From contig OX597824.1 of the NCBI GenBank assembly GCA_951406725.2, positions 79,174,001-79,238,000 of the forward strand: 64,000 bases of DNA, written 5' to 3'. Source of the stretch: Octopus vulgaris (taxonomy: Eukaryota). Positions within the stretch are counted from its first letter, which is position 1. Each line of letters starts with the position of its first letter. The position numbers and the translations under genes were made by a program. Positions 38,497 to 52,886 of the stretch are shown here, piece after piece. The notes under the pieces are model-generated. The model had not been told where the DNA came from and searched no databases. It was given only the letters and a program-made list of their open reading frames with translations.

Positions 38497-40694
38497 TTAA
38501 TCAAAAAGTATTCTGTTCCAGTCGTGACCAAATCAATGCGTGTGTGTATGTGTGTGCGTTTACTACCAGATATAGTGAAAATAAAACTACATTTTGTCTT
38601 TTCTTTTTTGAAGACAGTATTGTTCGACTTAACCATGCCAATGCTGGTCCCAAACCCAGAAGAAGCAAGAGGGCTGGATGACAGGCTAGCAACCTGACCC
38701 TGTAAAAATCAGGGATCACTGAAGTAACAGCAAGATGAAAAATTAAGAGAATGATCAACAAGTAGAGCAACGATGTGGAGAAATGTCAAAAAGAAATTAA
38801 GGCCTCAAAGATAGCAACCCAGTGTGCTGAGAAATGCAGGAGGACCTGTTTGCATTAAGCAAGATTTAGCTGCTGTTTCTAGCACGTGAAGAAGAGTGGT
38901 TCCCATTCTTGACACTATAAAATGAATTTTCCCACAATAAGCAGGTTTTAGGTGCAGGTGTGGCTGTGTGGTAAGAAGTTTGCTTCCCAACCGTATCATT
39001 CTAGGTTCAGTCCCATTGCATGGCACCTTGGACAAGTGTCTTCTACTACAGCTCTGAACCAACCAAAACTTTATGAGTAGATTTGGTGGATGAAAACTGA
39101 CAGAAACGTACCATGTATGTGTGTGTGTGTATTACAAGTACTTGGTGACCCTGTAATGTGGTTGGTGTTTGGAAGAGCATCCAGCTGTAAAAACCTTGGC
39201 AAAACTGACCTCACCTTGTGCCTCATAAAAAGCACTAAGTCCACTCTTCTGAGTGGTTGGTGTTAGGAAGGGCATCCAGCTGTAAAAATCCTGCCAAAAC
39301 AGTCACAGAAGTCTAATTCAGGCTTTGGCCTGACCAGCTCTTGTGCTACTGCCCCATCCATGCTAACTTGGAAGATGGACATTATACAATGATGATGGTA
39401 ATGATGATATATATGTATGCATGTGTGTGTGTCTGTCCTCTGTCGCTGATTGAAAACCAGTGTTGGTATGTTCACATCTGTGTAACTTAGCAGTTCAGCC
39501 AAAGACACTGATAGAACATGTATCAAGCCTTCAGAAAAAAAAAAAAAAAAGTAAATACTGGAGTTGATTCATTATACTTCAGAGTGATGCCCCAGCATGG
39601 CCACAGTCTAATGATTGAAACAAAGAAAATATGAAAAAATAAGCTCCTTTACCATGTGTCATCTCAAAAGTAGAACAATAAACTGAATAAACAAAAGTGG
39701 TGAGCTGGCAGAAACGTTAGCATGCCAGGCGAAATGCTTAGCGGTATTTCATCTGCCGCTAAGTTCTGAGTTCAAATTCTGCCATGGTCGACTTTGCCTT
39801 TCGTCCTTTCGAGGTCGATAAATTAAGTACCAGTTACGCACTGGGATCAATGTAACCGACTTAATACATTTGTCTGTCCCTGTTTGTCCCCTTGTGGGCA
39901 ATAAAGAAATAAGAAACGTTGGCATGTCAGGTGAAATGCTTAGCGGTATTTCGTCTGCCGCTATGTTCTGAGTTCAAATTCTGCTGAGGTCGACTTTGCC
40001 TTTCATCCTTTCGGGGTCAATTAAATAGGTACCAGTAATGCACTGGAGTCGATATAATCGACTTAATCCGTTTGTTTGACCTTGTTTGTCCCCTCTGTGT
40101 GTAGCCCCTTGTGGGTAGTAAAGAAATAAGGTAAACTGAATAACTGCAGCCTTTTGAAAGTTTAGCCCTTTATCATTTAAACCAGCCACGCCCAGCCAAA
40201 ATATTCTGCCTGATGTAAGCTCAAACTGGTCAGATCTGGTGTCTCCCTTCTACAATGACATTCTAAAAAATGAAGTCACATCATCAAGATCTCAAAGCTA
40301 CAACACAATTCATGATTAATTCAAAACAATGTGAATAAATAAGCATTACATTTGACAAAATAATGTGAATGCTAAAGGATTAAACACAACTCACAGACCT
40401 TGGACTGGGAACCACTGGCACAGAAAATTGCTGTTGCTGATTATTCATAAAATCTTGATCCAGGACACATATAATTAAAGGTGTCCTAGCTGAAACGATT
40501 CCATCTTTCATACTTTTTGCCTAACAACACAGCGTATCTGGGACTATATAATTCCATGTGTCCATTCTGTTTTAAATATATTATGGTTTGTATTTAGGGA
40601 CATCTGGCTGCTATTTTTAACAACAAGGAGCTATGGTAGAGGCTCTATCTTTAGTTTGGGTAGTTTTAATAGTAGATTTTCTTTAACCCTAGAT

Positions 40695-41137
40695 TAGCCT
40701 ATTGTCTTCCCAATAGCAACATATGGATGTGAGACCTGGACACTAAAGAAAGCTGACCAGAAGAGAATTAATGCATTCGAGCTTTGGTGTTGGAGAAGAC
40801 TTTTACGGATTCCATGGACAGCAAGGCTCACCAATGGAGAAGTTCTTAAGCAGATCAGGCCAAAAATGTCACTGGAAGCTAGGATCACCAAGCATAGATT
40901 GGCATATTTTGGTCATATTATGAGGAGAAAATCCCTGGAGAAGGACATCATGCTTGGAATGGTCAGTGACAAGAGAGGAAGAGGCTGACCAAGAACCCGC
41001 TGGCTTGACACCATCAGGAGTGATACCGGAATGGACATGGCCAGTCTGAAGGAAGCGGCCCAGGATAGAACTGACTGGAGGACACTGATCCATCGAGTAA
41101 CCGAGAGTCGACTTCGACTGAGCGGATAGATAGATAG
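40695..41137 (+). mobile_element. RTE (BovB-like) LINE 3' fragment
   Basis: YGCETWTLKKADQKRINAFELWCWRRLLRIPWT...YFGHIMRR...RGRG*PRTRWLD; (GATA)n tail. Confidence 0.88.
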
Positions 41138-41679
41138 GTTAGCCTTGAGTGAACAAACCTAGCTACGATCATAGGCATTCCAGTTTTAACCAACCCACTT
41201 TTATCTACCAGGCTGTGGTATCAAGTACTATATTAACCAACTTCCAATATGTCCTTCCTTTTCAAATAAATTCAATGAGAGATTTACTTGTTTCAGTCAT
41301 CAAAATGTGGCCATACTTGAGCACCACCATGAAACATATTAACTAAACAAATCAACACCAGTAATTTCTTATCAGTTACTTTTGTTAAACTACCTAGTTA
41401 AGGGGACATAAACACACCAACACCAGTTGTCAAGCAGTGATGGGGGACAAACACACACAACAGGCTTCTTTCAGTTTCCAGTTATCAAATCCACTCACAA
41501 GACTTTGGTTGTCCCAGAGCTACAGTAGAAAACACATGCCCAAGGTGCTATGCACAGAGACTGATCCCAGAACCATGTGGTTAGGAAGCAAACTTCTTAC
41601 CACACAGCCAAGCCTGTGCTTTGACTACCATTTCAAAACAAGTCAAGTGATGGACTGCAAAGATGCTCTCATATGCCAT

Positions 41680-42137
41680 TGCTGTTGTAGTAGTGGTAGG
41701 AGGAGGAGGAGAAGTTCTTGTAGCAGTAGGACAAGCTGCTGTTGTAGTAATAGGACAAGCTGTTGTTTTAGTAGTAGGACAAGTTGTAGTAGTAGTAGGA
41801 CAAACTGTTGTTGGAGTTCTAGGACAAGTAGTAGTAGGAGGAGGAAGACAAGTTCTTGTAGCAGTAGGACAAGCTGTTGTAATAGCACAAGCTGTTGTTT
41901 TAGTAGTAGGACAAGTTGTTGTAGTAGGACAAACTGTTGTTGTTGTAGTAGAATAAGCTGTAGGAGTAGTAGTAGGACAAGCTGTTGTAGCAGAACAACC
42001 TTATGTAGTAGTAGGAGGAGGGCAAGCTGTTGTAGCAGAAGAACAAACTGTTGTAGTTGTAGGACAAGCAGGTGTAGTAGTAGCAGTAATAGGACAAGCT
42101 GTTGTTGATGTTGAAATAGGACAAGCTGTTGTTGTTG
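41680..42137. repeat. Compound minisatellite: AGGACAAG(C)TG core with variable (GTA/GTT)n spacers
   Basis: About 15 cores; unit lengths keep the reading frame. Confidence 0.85.
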
Positions 42138-42601
42138 TTAAAGAAGACTGTTTCAGTTGAGGGAACTAAAATCAACAAGTCAAAATATACAGCAAAGATA
42201 TAACTCTTAGTTCCTACACCTTTTTCTTTATTTGTTAACCGAGAACAGTGCATTTGGTTTTTATTTTTGTTTTCACGTAACAAACTGGCATGTTAAGGTA
42301 AGTGTGATGAATATAAAAAAACACTGCGATGAATTTTTTTTTTTCTTTATGACAATATTACTTTGAAGAAGAAATCATACAAAACAATGTTTAAAAAAAA
42401 AAGGAAATAATAATAATATAATAATAATAGTAGTAATTATTATAATAATAATAATAATAATAATAATAATGGTGATAACTTTGAACGTTTTCATTAATCA
42501 TTGACATTTCTATGCATGTTTTTTCTCCAAAGACATTACCTAGTTCTTGTTTTAAGAAAAAGAAAAGCTCTTGATGTATTCCTCAATCCATGGATGATGA
42601 C

Positions 42602-42642
<41 letters not shown>

Positions 42643-44746
42643 TATAATAATCAATAATAGTATGTTGGTAAACTCTAAGTACATGTAGACCAAATATATG
42701 AAGATAAAAATGAACGAAACATGTTAAAATAGTTCAATGTCCTAAAATTGTTAATGTAGTAATTTTTTCCTTTTTTTCTTTTTTTTTTAAATTGTTTTTT
42801 TTTTTTGTTTTGTTTTGTTTAGTATTGTTTTGCTTAAATGTTCAAACTCGATTAATTAAAAATTAACTAAAATCGACAGCTGAAAGAGGGATGCGTAATA
42901 TTTATGCATATGTGTGCAATGTAGGTTTAGTTTTTTTGGATATTTATTTTTATTTTATTTATTATTTCCTTTTTTCTTTTCTCAGTTTTTTTTTTTCCAT
43001 TTTTGTCATTTTTTAATATTTTTTTTTTTTTAAAGTAGCTGCAGTATGAGATGTGAAGAGACATATAAAGTGCCTACAGTCCAGTCCATACTGGCCCACC
43101 CACCCCAAAAACACACACACATACACCAAAAAAATAAAATAATGATGGAAATCACCAGGAACCGAGGATGATCTCTGACTCTCTGTAAGGTGGCGCACGT
43201 GCATGGGTGCACGTGTGTGTGTGTAGATTCATTTGTGTATATATGGGTCCACAAGCTCAAAACTATCTACTATTTGGTTTCATTTACTCTGAATTACCAC
43301 CAATGGTTAATTATGCAATTAAAAACGATAATTAGGATACACCAAATTAGATATGACTGTGTGGTTATGAAGTTCATGCCACAACTATGCGGGTTTCAGA
43401 AGAAGCTATGCTATGCAGCAACTTGAGTGACCCCTGCCAAAGTCTTATGTTAAATTTGGTAGGCGGAAACTGCACGAAGCCTCTATTAGAGGGTTTCTTC
43501 CTATTTTTGAATGGTACACTGAATCTGTTTAATCCAATATAGAGTGTAGTTGCCTCTTTAGTGGAGTCCACTCCGATGCAAACATGCAGGTAAAAAACTC
43601 AGTTGGAAGATGAGATCCTCATTTCGTCCCCCGACCAACCAGGTATCAAAGTCCTGAAGAAGGTAACAGGTAACACCCTTCCTCCTCTGGTTAAACCACC
43701 ATAAGGAAACGACAAAAACAAAACACAGCAAAAGGAACACTCTCAGAAAAAAAAAGTGGGGGAGGAGAAAATATACAAATACATACAAAAAAAAATTAAT
43801 TAAAGAAATAAACTCAAATGAAGGAAGGTTAAAACATGAAATAAAAGAAAATAAACAAACACAATTTTTACAGTTTCGGTGGCTTATTTCAAAAGGGGAC
43901 AAAATATAGCAACACAAACAAATGAAGACATTTTTGCCAATAAACCAAGATTTTAGCTTATGGTTTCTAGTATATTTTATTAACCTATGACAGTTTAATA
44001 CTGAAATTTATTATCCATGCAGATTTTGAAAACTATAAGAGAAGATATCAGAAACAAGAAGAAAAACAAAAATAGTAATAATAATGATAATAATAACAAA
44101 ATATAAAAAAGGGCGGAAAAAAAGAAAAAAAAAGAAAAACAGGCAATGAAAATAGAATTTTTAGTAGATTTGGTATATAATGAGATAATTTCGTTGAAAG
44201 TTTGCTTATTATTTTCTTTTTCTTCTGAGGAGAGAGAGAGAGAGACAGAGAGAGAGAGAGAGGGACTGAATTCTTTTTTTTTGTGTGTGTGTTAAATTCC
44301 ATTCCTATGTGTTTGCATGTTTTCTTGAATTTTTTTTTGTTTTTTTTTTTTGTTGTTGAATGAAATAAGAGGGAAAGAAAGAAAGAAAAAAAGAAAAAAA
44401 AAAAAGAAAGAAAGCTATGCACGAATCTAATTCTGATGATGGCCAATTCCAGTTTTGCCAAGAAGATGGACATGGTGGAGTGTAGTAAAAAAAAAAAAAG
44501 ACAATTTAACAAGACTATATGTAAAGAGTGTACACACACACAAAAAAAAAAAAAAACATGTACGTCTATGTTGTGTGGCATATGTGTGTTTATAGAGACC
44601 AAAATGACAAAAAAAAAAAAAAAAAAAAAAAAGGAGCAGAGAGAGAGAGAAGCCAAAATTGTCCTGGTGATGGCGATGTAGCAGCAATGACAACACAATA
44701 AAATAAAATTCAAGATTATGATAATGGCAATAATAATAACAACAAC

Positions 44747-44784
<38 letters not shown>

Positions 44785-45579
44785 CATCATTATTGGAATA
44801 ATAATTATAATAATAATAAAAATAATGATATTAGTAGTAATAATAATAATAATCATAATGGAACACTGACAACAATTAGACCCAGGAGTAGAGTTGGCCA
44901 ATAAGTTGATACTAACATCAATATATATTTTTTTTTTGTTATTTCTGTTTTATAGTTCTTTTCTTATACTTTTTGTTTAATTTTTTTGGTCTTTTTTTTA
45001 AATATTTTTTCTTGTTTTTTTTTCTTCTTCTTCCAGCTTTCCATATTATTTTTTAAGGTTTACCCCAATATTTCTATATAAAAATTGTTAAAGTAATGTG
45101 GTATGAAGCGCTTCTGTAAATTTATTGTGTCTCTGTAATTTCTTTTTTTTTTTTTCCATACCCATCCAAACATATAATACACCTTGACCCAGCCAAATCT
45201 TATAATGGATGTTCCTTTCTTCATTCTGTCTGTTTTATTTATTTTTTTTATTTTTGTCTTTCTTTCTTTCTTTCTTTCCTTCCTGAAATATACTTTACCA
45301 TTTATAAAAACCCTTCATCAGCCCCACACAACATATGAATTCTTTCTCTCATGAAATAATTACATGTGTATATATGCGTGTAAGATTTTTGTGTAAGCAT
45401 ATGAGAGTGCCTGTGTGCGTATGTGTGAGAATGAGTCCACACGTATTTTTTTTTTTGCCTAATCAACAGAATTATTTTGAAATAAGCTTGTATCATCTTT
45501 GTTCTCTATTCTGTATGTGTGTGCGTGCATGTGTACATATGTTCCTCAATTGTACTTTTGTGTGTGTATGTGTGCATAT

Positions 45580-45613
<34 letters not shown>

Positions 45614-46440
45614 CATATATGTATATATATATATATATGCACACAAACACACACATATATGTATATGCATACATACACACAAACAAGTGTGGACGGTACC
45701 AATACAGCATCCATATAAATATATATACGCACACACACACATTCATATACGTGTGTGTGTGTGTGTGTGTATGTGTGTATATGTATGTATGCATGTATGT
45801 ATGTATGTGTGTGTGTGTATCTATGTGTTTACAGATAATGGCTTGAACACATCTTCCGCATGCCTAAAGCAGGTGTCTTTTCACTGTCTATGTTGTACAG
45901 AAACTGTTCACAATCGGTAAAATACCACAGTCCACATCTCTCTAATGAATCTATATAGAAAGTTCATGAATGTTCGTAGGACAGATAGATCCTCTAGATC
46001 CATCTTAACGTAATGCATATACATATAATATATATAATATATATAATATATATATATATAGATAGATAGATACAAACACATACCAACACACACATTATGA
46101 GCCTTGGCTGAATACACTTGCATCAGCCAGAAAAGTGAGAGAGAGCGAGAATGAGAGAAAGAAAAAGAGACAGACAGAGAGATAGAGAGAGTAAAGCTGA
46201 TCTGATTAAAAATTATAATGTAATAATGATAATGATGATGGTGGTGATGAACATAATAGTAGTAGTAGTAGTAATAATAAAATAATAATATTAATAATAA
46301 TAATAATAATAAAAATAATAATAATAAAAATAATGACGATGATAGTAATAATAATAATAATATTAATAATAATATTAATATATAATGATGATAAGAAAAT
46401 GAATTCTAAGACAATTTCCAAAGCACCTTGCAAGTCTCGT

Positions 46441-46571
46441 TTAACTGGAGAATTGCACCAGATACCTTTGACACACCTGTGCTGGGTCGTACACAATGTA
46501 TTCATTGTATGCCACATACCTCGACTTAGCTGTTGGGTTGTTAATCAGTGGTCCAAGAGGTAAGGTAGCAC
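46441..46571 (-). CDS. PARP terminal exon L (catalytic Glu, stop)
   Basis: ctttctgttgcag|; phase 1; GATLPLGPLINNPTAKSRYVAYNEYIVYDPAQVCQRYLVQFSS*; this frame is not in the ORF track. Confidence 0.92.
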
Positions 46572-47429
46572 CTGCAACAGAAAGAGAAAAAACATGTCTT
46601 TACTCAAATCGAAACTTTTCAAATTATTATGTTGTCGTTCTTACAGGTATTTTTCTTCTCACCTGCCTATTTGTGTTCTTTTGGTGATTGAATTCATTGC
46701 ACCGCGATAGGGACAGGTGCCCACCCACTTCAGGTATTCAGGTATAATTAATATATAGGCACAGGAGTGGCTGTGTGGTAAGTAGCTTACTTACCAACCA
46801 CATGGTTCCGGGTTCAGTCCCACTGCATGGCACCTTGGGCAAGTGTCTTCTACTATAGCCTCGGGCTGAGCAAAGCCTTGTGAGTGGATTTGGTAGACGG
46901 AAACTGAAAGAAGCCCGTCGTATATATGTATATATATGTATGTGTATATGTTTGTGTATCTGTGTTTGTCCCCCCAACATCGCTTGACAACCGATGCTGG
47001 TGTGTTTATGTCCCCGTAACTTAGTGGTTCGGCAAAAGATCCCGATAGAATAAGTACTAGGTTACAAAGAATAAGTCCTAGGGGTCGATTTGCTCGACTA
47101 AAAGGTCGTGCTCCAGCATGGACACAGTCAAATGACTGAAACAAGTAAAAGGGTATATTAGGCATAGTCATGGCTGTGTGGTAAGTTTCTTTCCAACCAC
47201 ATGGTTCTGGTTTCAGTCTCATTACGTGACACCTTGAGCAAGTGTCTTCTATTATAGCCCCAAGTCACCCAAAGCAGTGTGAGTAGGTTTGGTAGACAGA
47301 AACCAAGAGAAACCCATTGTATATGTGTGTGTGTGTGTGGATGGGGAGCTCTGTTTTCCACTGCTGCTTGAGAGCCAGTGTTGGTTTATTTACATCCTGT
47401 AACTTAACAGTTCAGCAGAGAAATATTAA

Positions 47430-47640
47430 CCTTCTCATTACCAACCCAGCTCTGGCTCTGAATACAAATGTCTTGTTTTCATAAGTTTTGAATTAAAATC
47501 TTCCACAAAACCTTAGTCACAATTTATGCTCCTAACACTGGCTGAATGATAACCAAGTTATTTTACTAAATTCTTTGTTATATTTAAAATTAATTGAAAG
47601 AAACTCAGACCATCTCAAAATAAATACAGTAATGAAAGGG
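47430..47640. mobile_element. piggyBac-type MITE, second copy, inserted in a SINE
   Basis: TTAA flanks; reverse-complement similarity to 60996-61217. Confidence 0.7.
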
Positions 47641-48313
47641 TTAACAGAATAAGCGCCAGCCTTAAAAATAAAAAGAACTGCAGTTGATTTGCTTGACTAA
47701 AACCTTCAAAGCGCTGCTGCAGCCAGCATGGACAAAGTCCAATGACTGAAACAAGTAAAAGACAATAGCTATATCAACAGACTTTGCCAAATCTATATCT
47801 AGTTCCACATTCAAGCTTCATGACATTATTGCGTACATTATTCTTTTCTACTCTAGGTACAAGGCCCGAAATTTTGGGGGAGGGAACCAGTCGATTAGAT
47901 TGACCCTAGTACACAACTGGTACTTAATTTATTGACCCAGAAAGGCTGAAAGGCAAGGCCGACCTCAGCGGAACTTGAACGCAAAACGTAAAGGCAGAAG
48001 AAATACCTATTTCTTTACTACCCACAAGAGGCTAAACACAGAGAGGACGAACAAAGAAAGACAAATGGATAAGTCGATTACATCGACCCCAGTGTGTAAC
48101 TGGTACTTATTTAATCGACCCTGAAAGGAGGAAAGGCAAAGTCGACCTCGGCGGAATTTGAACTCAGAACGTAGCAGCAGACGAAATACTGCTAAGCATT
48201 TCGCCCGGTGTGCTAACATTTCTGCCAGCTTGCCATCTTATTTACTTAAAATATTCTTTTGGGCCAACAAGTGATTGAATTTGGTAGAAAGAAACTGAAA
48301 GAAGCTTGTCGTA

Positions 48314-48344
<31 letters not shown>

Positions 48345-49599
48345 CCTTGTCTAGACATCATGTGATTGTTGTAAATGATCACCACCAATGTACACATAGT
48401 AAGATTGTTTCCAGTCTTCTGAGAAAAATCTGTCTTCATATGGAAAAATATTATTTTGCTTGGCAACAGGATGGGCATCTAGCCACAGAAAATCTGCCTC
48501 AACAAACTCCATCTAATCCATGCAAGCATAGGAAAGTGGGTTTTAAATAATGATGCTGATAACGTAGTCTAAATAGGTGGGTATCCTTGCAACACTTTTC
48601 TCCTACATTTTTATGTCTATAAATGTGTGTCGATGTATGTACGTGTGATGTGCTTCATAATAAACTTAATTTTAGTATGCTGATATTTTCTATAAGAACC
48701 CAATTAACAAAGATAAAATAACTCAACATCAATGGAAATTGTAGCTGTGATACCATCCGAATGTGGCCGTTGCCAGCGCCGCCCCGACTGGCCTCCGTGC
48801 CGGTGGCACGTAAAATGCACCATCTGATTGTGGCCATTGCCAGCCTCGCCTGGCCCCGTGCCGGCGGCTCGTAAAAAGTACCATCCGATCGTGGCCGTTT
48901 GCCAGCCTCGTCTGGCACCTGTGCAGGTGGCACGTAAAAAGCACCCACTACACTCACGGAGTGGTGGTTGGCGCTAGGAAGGGCATCCAGCTGTAGAAAC
49001 ACTGCCAGATCAGACTGGGCCTGGCGCAGCCTTCTGGCTTCCCAGACCCCAGTTGAACCATCCAACCCATGCCAGCATGGAAAACGGACGTTAAACGATG
49101 ATGATGATGATGAACTCAGTGCTAGATTATTTCAAAAATTTAGTGACTAAGCTCAGCAACAGAATTGTATTCTTTTGTTTCAGCCATCTTGACTGGCCAT
49201 GCTGGAGCACTGCCTTTAGTCGAACAAATCGACTCCGGGACTTATTCTTTGTAAGCCTAGTACTTATTCTAATGGTCTCTTTTGCCGAACCGCTAAGTTA
49301 CAGGGACGTAAACACACCAACATCAGTTGTCAAGCGATGGTGGGTGGACAAACACATACATGCGTGCATACACAAACACACGCACACACACACACAACAG
49401 GCTTCTTTCAGTTTCTTATTTCTTTATTGCCCACAATGGGCTAAACATAGAGGGGGCAAACAAAGACAGACAAAGGGATTACCAGTACGTAACTGGTACT
49501 TAATATATTGACCCCCGAAAGGATCAGGTACTAGTTACCTATCCCGTTATCAGAGTGCACTGATTATGTATAAAGTGCCACTGATCTTAGGGGGATCGG

Positions 49600-50255
49600 C
49601 CTAGCACAATTAAGAAGTTTTGCATTCTTTGATGGATATCTAGCGCTATATTTCATTTCATTTGGGTTTGAGTCCATGCTCAGCCCAAGTCGAAGACTCC
49701 ACCCTCAGAGTCTGGTGTGGTTGCCAGGTTGTATTTTCTGCTTAATTTTGACATGTGTAGGAGCGAGTTTGAGTCAGTTTGTGCTCATTGTGTATATCCT
49801 GGGAGATGGGGTTCATCTCTAATGGTGCTTAAGTATCTATCCAGTTGCAATTTGAATGATTCCACACTGCATCCTGATAGATTTCTGACATGTACCAGAA
49901 TGGAGTTGAACAGTTGTGCTCCTCGAACCAACAGACTTGATTCTCGAAGGGTTTTTGCTGCCTGGCCAGCCTTTTTGTTGACTGGTGGCAGCTGGCAGCG
50001 TCTTCCGTGGCGCAGTGAGTGGTAGGTTTTGATACCAAAGTTTGGCACCTTCTGCTCTATCATTTTCCAAATGTATATAATTCGGATATGCATCCAAACC
50101 AAGGATATAGGTATGTTCTTTTAAATGATGCTAAGGTTATTTTAGAGATTTATCTAACATTTCTAGAAGATGGAGTCACTGTACAAGAGTTCTGTTGTTG
50201 GCTCAAACTGTGCACCGTTTCGGTGTGTAGTAAGTTATGTTCACTGATATTCAAA
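49600..50255 (-). mobile_element. Degenerate CR1-group LINE 3' fragment (PARP intron)
   Basis: IIYIWKMIEQKVPN...RGAQLFNSI...FKLQLDRYLSTIRDEP. Confidence 0.7.
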
Positions 50256-50283
50256 GAGTTAAACTATATGTTCAAGTACTTAC

Positions 50284-50500
50284 CATATGGAAGGGTGACA
50301 TCAAATGCACTGTCAGGTACTGACATGCCAACTCCAACAACACTGTTATAGTCAGTATCGGAGCTTTCACCTTTCGTATTGTTGGTCTTCATCTTACCAA
50401 GTGCTACTTCGCAAAGCAGTGCAAACATGGAATTCGACTCTCCTACATTCTCAGAGCAATAGCCTTTGGCTTTGGTAAATGTGTCAGCTGTGTAAATACC
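50284..50500 (-). CDS. PARP exon K (catalytic Tyr)
   Basis: aaaccag|GGT ATT TAC...TAT G|GTAAGT; 217 nt, phase 0/1; GIYTADTFTKAKGYC...LLCEVALG. Confidence 0.92.
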
Positions 50501-51048
50501 CTGGTTTAAAAAAACAGAAAAGGTAAAATAAGAAATTTTATAAAGTAAGAAATTATTATTATTATAATTATGTGCTGGTGACACGTAAAAGGCACCCACT
50601 ACACTCTTGGGGTGGTTGGTATTAGGGAGGGCATCTTTATCTTCTTCCCAGATACTCCCACCAATCCTTATACAATGTGGGGCAGCCATTCATTTCCTCA
50701 ACAGCAAAACAACTGTGCTTGTTCCTCTATCATACTTTTAGCTTTTCAACTTGGCACAAAGTCACCTCCTTACCACCTAGTCATGAGGGCTTTCATTTTT
50801 TTCCCTTTTTTTCTGTCTTGCAAGTTACTTTAGGACCTCATATGTGCCAGTGGCACAAAAAAAAACTGATAAAGTCATCTGACAAGTTCCCTTACCCCAC
50901 CAAAATAATTCACTGTTTATAAATAATGTGAGTGTACACACATGCACATGCTAGTATTTGGAAGATAATTCTATCCTATTTCACATATTAAAGAACATGG
51001 GGAACAGAGAGAGAGAGAGAGAGAGAGTGTGAAAGAAAGGAAACGTAC

Positions 51049-51242
51049 TTCTCCAAACAAATGTCCAGTGATAGGGGCTTCTGGTGGGCAGATGAGTAAT
51101 CCTCGGCTCAAGATACTGATAAAGTTAGGAACTCCACTGCCATGCCACAGCAACATACGGTTTTCTAAATTTAATTCCTGGACTCGATCTTCCTCTCCAG
51201 CTCGTGAGAGACGATATATAGCATGAACTTTCACAGATTTGT
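51049..51242 (-). CDS. PARP exon J (catalytic His, WHGS)
   Basis: gtttcag|...GAA|GTACGT; 194 nt, phase 1/0; NRMLLWHGSGVPNFISILSRGLLICPPEAPITGHLFGE. Confidence 0.93.
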
Positions 51243-52778
51243 CTGAAACAACAAGGTTAATTGCAGATTATAGATGAATAAGTATGACACTAAATATAGA
51301 GTGGGCATGAAATATCGAAATGATAAAACTGAGTTATCATAAATGAAAATGAAGAGAGTGATAGATCTGAAAAAAATATTAACAGCAGAGAAGTTAAGGT
51401 GTTGGATTACTGACCCCATAGTCAGGAATTCAATTCTCATAACAGCAATTATATCATTCCCTATTTTGCAGACTATACAACCTAGTTTACAATTCAAAAA
51501 ACAACTCCCACCCTCACGCCCAACAAAAAGTTATCTTTTTTTTTTTTAACTAAGTATCGCACCTTTCTGGCACCCCATTTCTTTATCTAATTCCCAGATA
51601 CTCCCACCAATCCTTATACAATATGGGGTAGCCATTCATTTGCTCAACAGCAAAACAACTGTGCTTGTTCCTCTATCATACGTCTAGCTTTTCAACTTGG
51701 CATAAAGCTACCTCCTTACCACCTAGATATGAGAGCTTTAACTTTTACTCTTTTTACTGTCTTACAAGTTACTTTAGGACTTCACAAATGCCAGTGGCAC
51801 AAAAACCTAAAAACGCCCAGTATACACTGTAAAGTGGTTAGCATTAGGAAAGACATAAAACCATGCCAAAGCTGACACTGGAGTTCATTGCAGCCCTGCA
51901 ACTCACCAGATCTTGTCAAAGTGTCCAGTTCAAGCCAGCATAGAAAACGGCCTTGACATAACGAAGATGATGATATGGTGGTGATTAAATGTATAACAAT
52001 AGAAACAAAAATAGGGAGCAAAAACCAGGAAATTTTAACCAATAAAATAATTTATAATGGTTAAATTTCACTACTGCTACCAACCACCAAATGCCAACTG
52101 GAGAAATCCATTGTTTTGTTATGAAATCGGTCTATCATCATCATCGTTTAACGTCTGTTTTCCATGCTAGCATGGGTTGGACGGTTCGACTGCGGTCTGG
52201 GAAGCCAGTAGGCTGCGCCAGGCCCAGTCTGATCTGGCAATGTTTCTACAGCTAGATGCCCTTCCTAACGCCAACCACTCCATGAGTGTAGTGGGTGCTT
52301 TTTACATGCCACTTGCACAGGTGCCAGACAAGGCTGGCAAACGGCCACGATCGGATGGTGCTTTTTATGTGCCAGACAAGGCTGGCAACAGCCACAGTCA
52401 GATGGTGCTTTTTACGTGCCATCGGCACGCAGGCCAGACGGGGCAGCACTGGCAACGGCCATGTTCAGATGGTTCTCTTATGTGCCACCGGCACTGGTAT
52501 CACAGCTACAATTTCCATTGATGTTGATCGATTTCGATTTTGATTTTCACTTGCCTCAACAGGTCTTCACACGTAGGGTTTGTGTCACAAGATATATATC
52601 TGTGTATATATCTGACAAAATATATAACTGAATTTATATATTTCTAAAGAAATTGTATATAAGTGATCACTTCTTTGTATCAGAAAAAAATGCAACATTT
52701 TTTGGACATTTTAAAAAATTTACAAAAGCATCATGAACAAGAACAAAGACTTAATCCATAAGTCCATGAAATACTCAC

Positions 52779-52886
52779 CAGTACTATAAATATATTTTAA
52801 AATGTATTGAGTTTCAGCTTCAGTTTCAGTCATGAGTTTGATGTGACAACCAACTGCCTTGTAAATGTAATCCAGTGGATTTATTT
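52779..52886 (-). CDS. PARP exon I (start of catalytic domain)
   Basis: ttttctag|...G|GTGAGT; 108 nt, phase 1/1; EINPLDYIYKAVGCHIKLM...QYILKYIYST. Confidence 0.88.

Noticed and set aside
43562-43705. Possible + strand terminal coding exon (LEDEILISSPDQPGIKVLKKVTGNTLPPLVKPP*)
   Set aside because: No homology recognised and no phase-compatible upstream exons found
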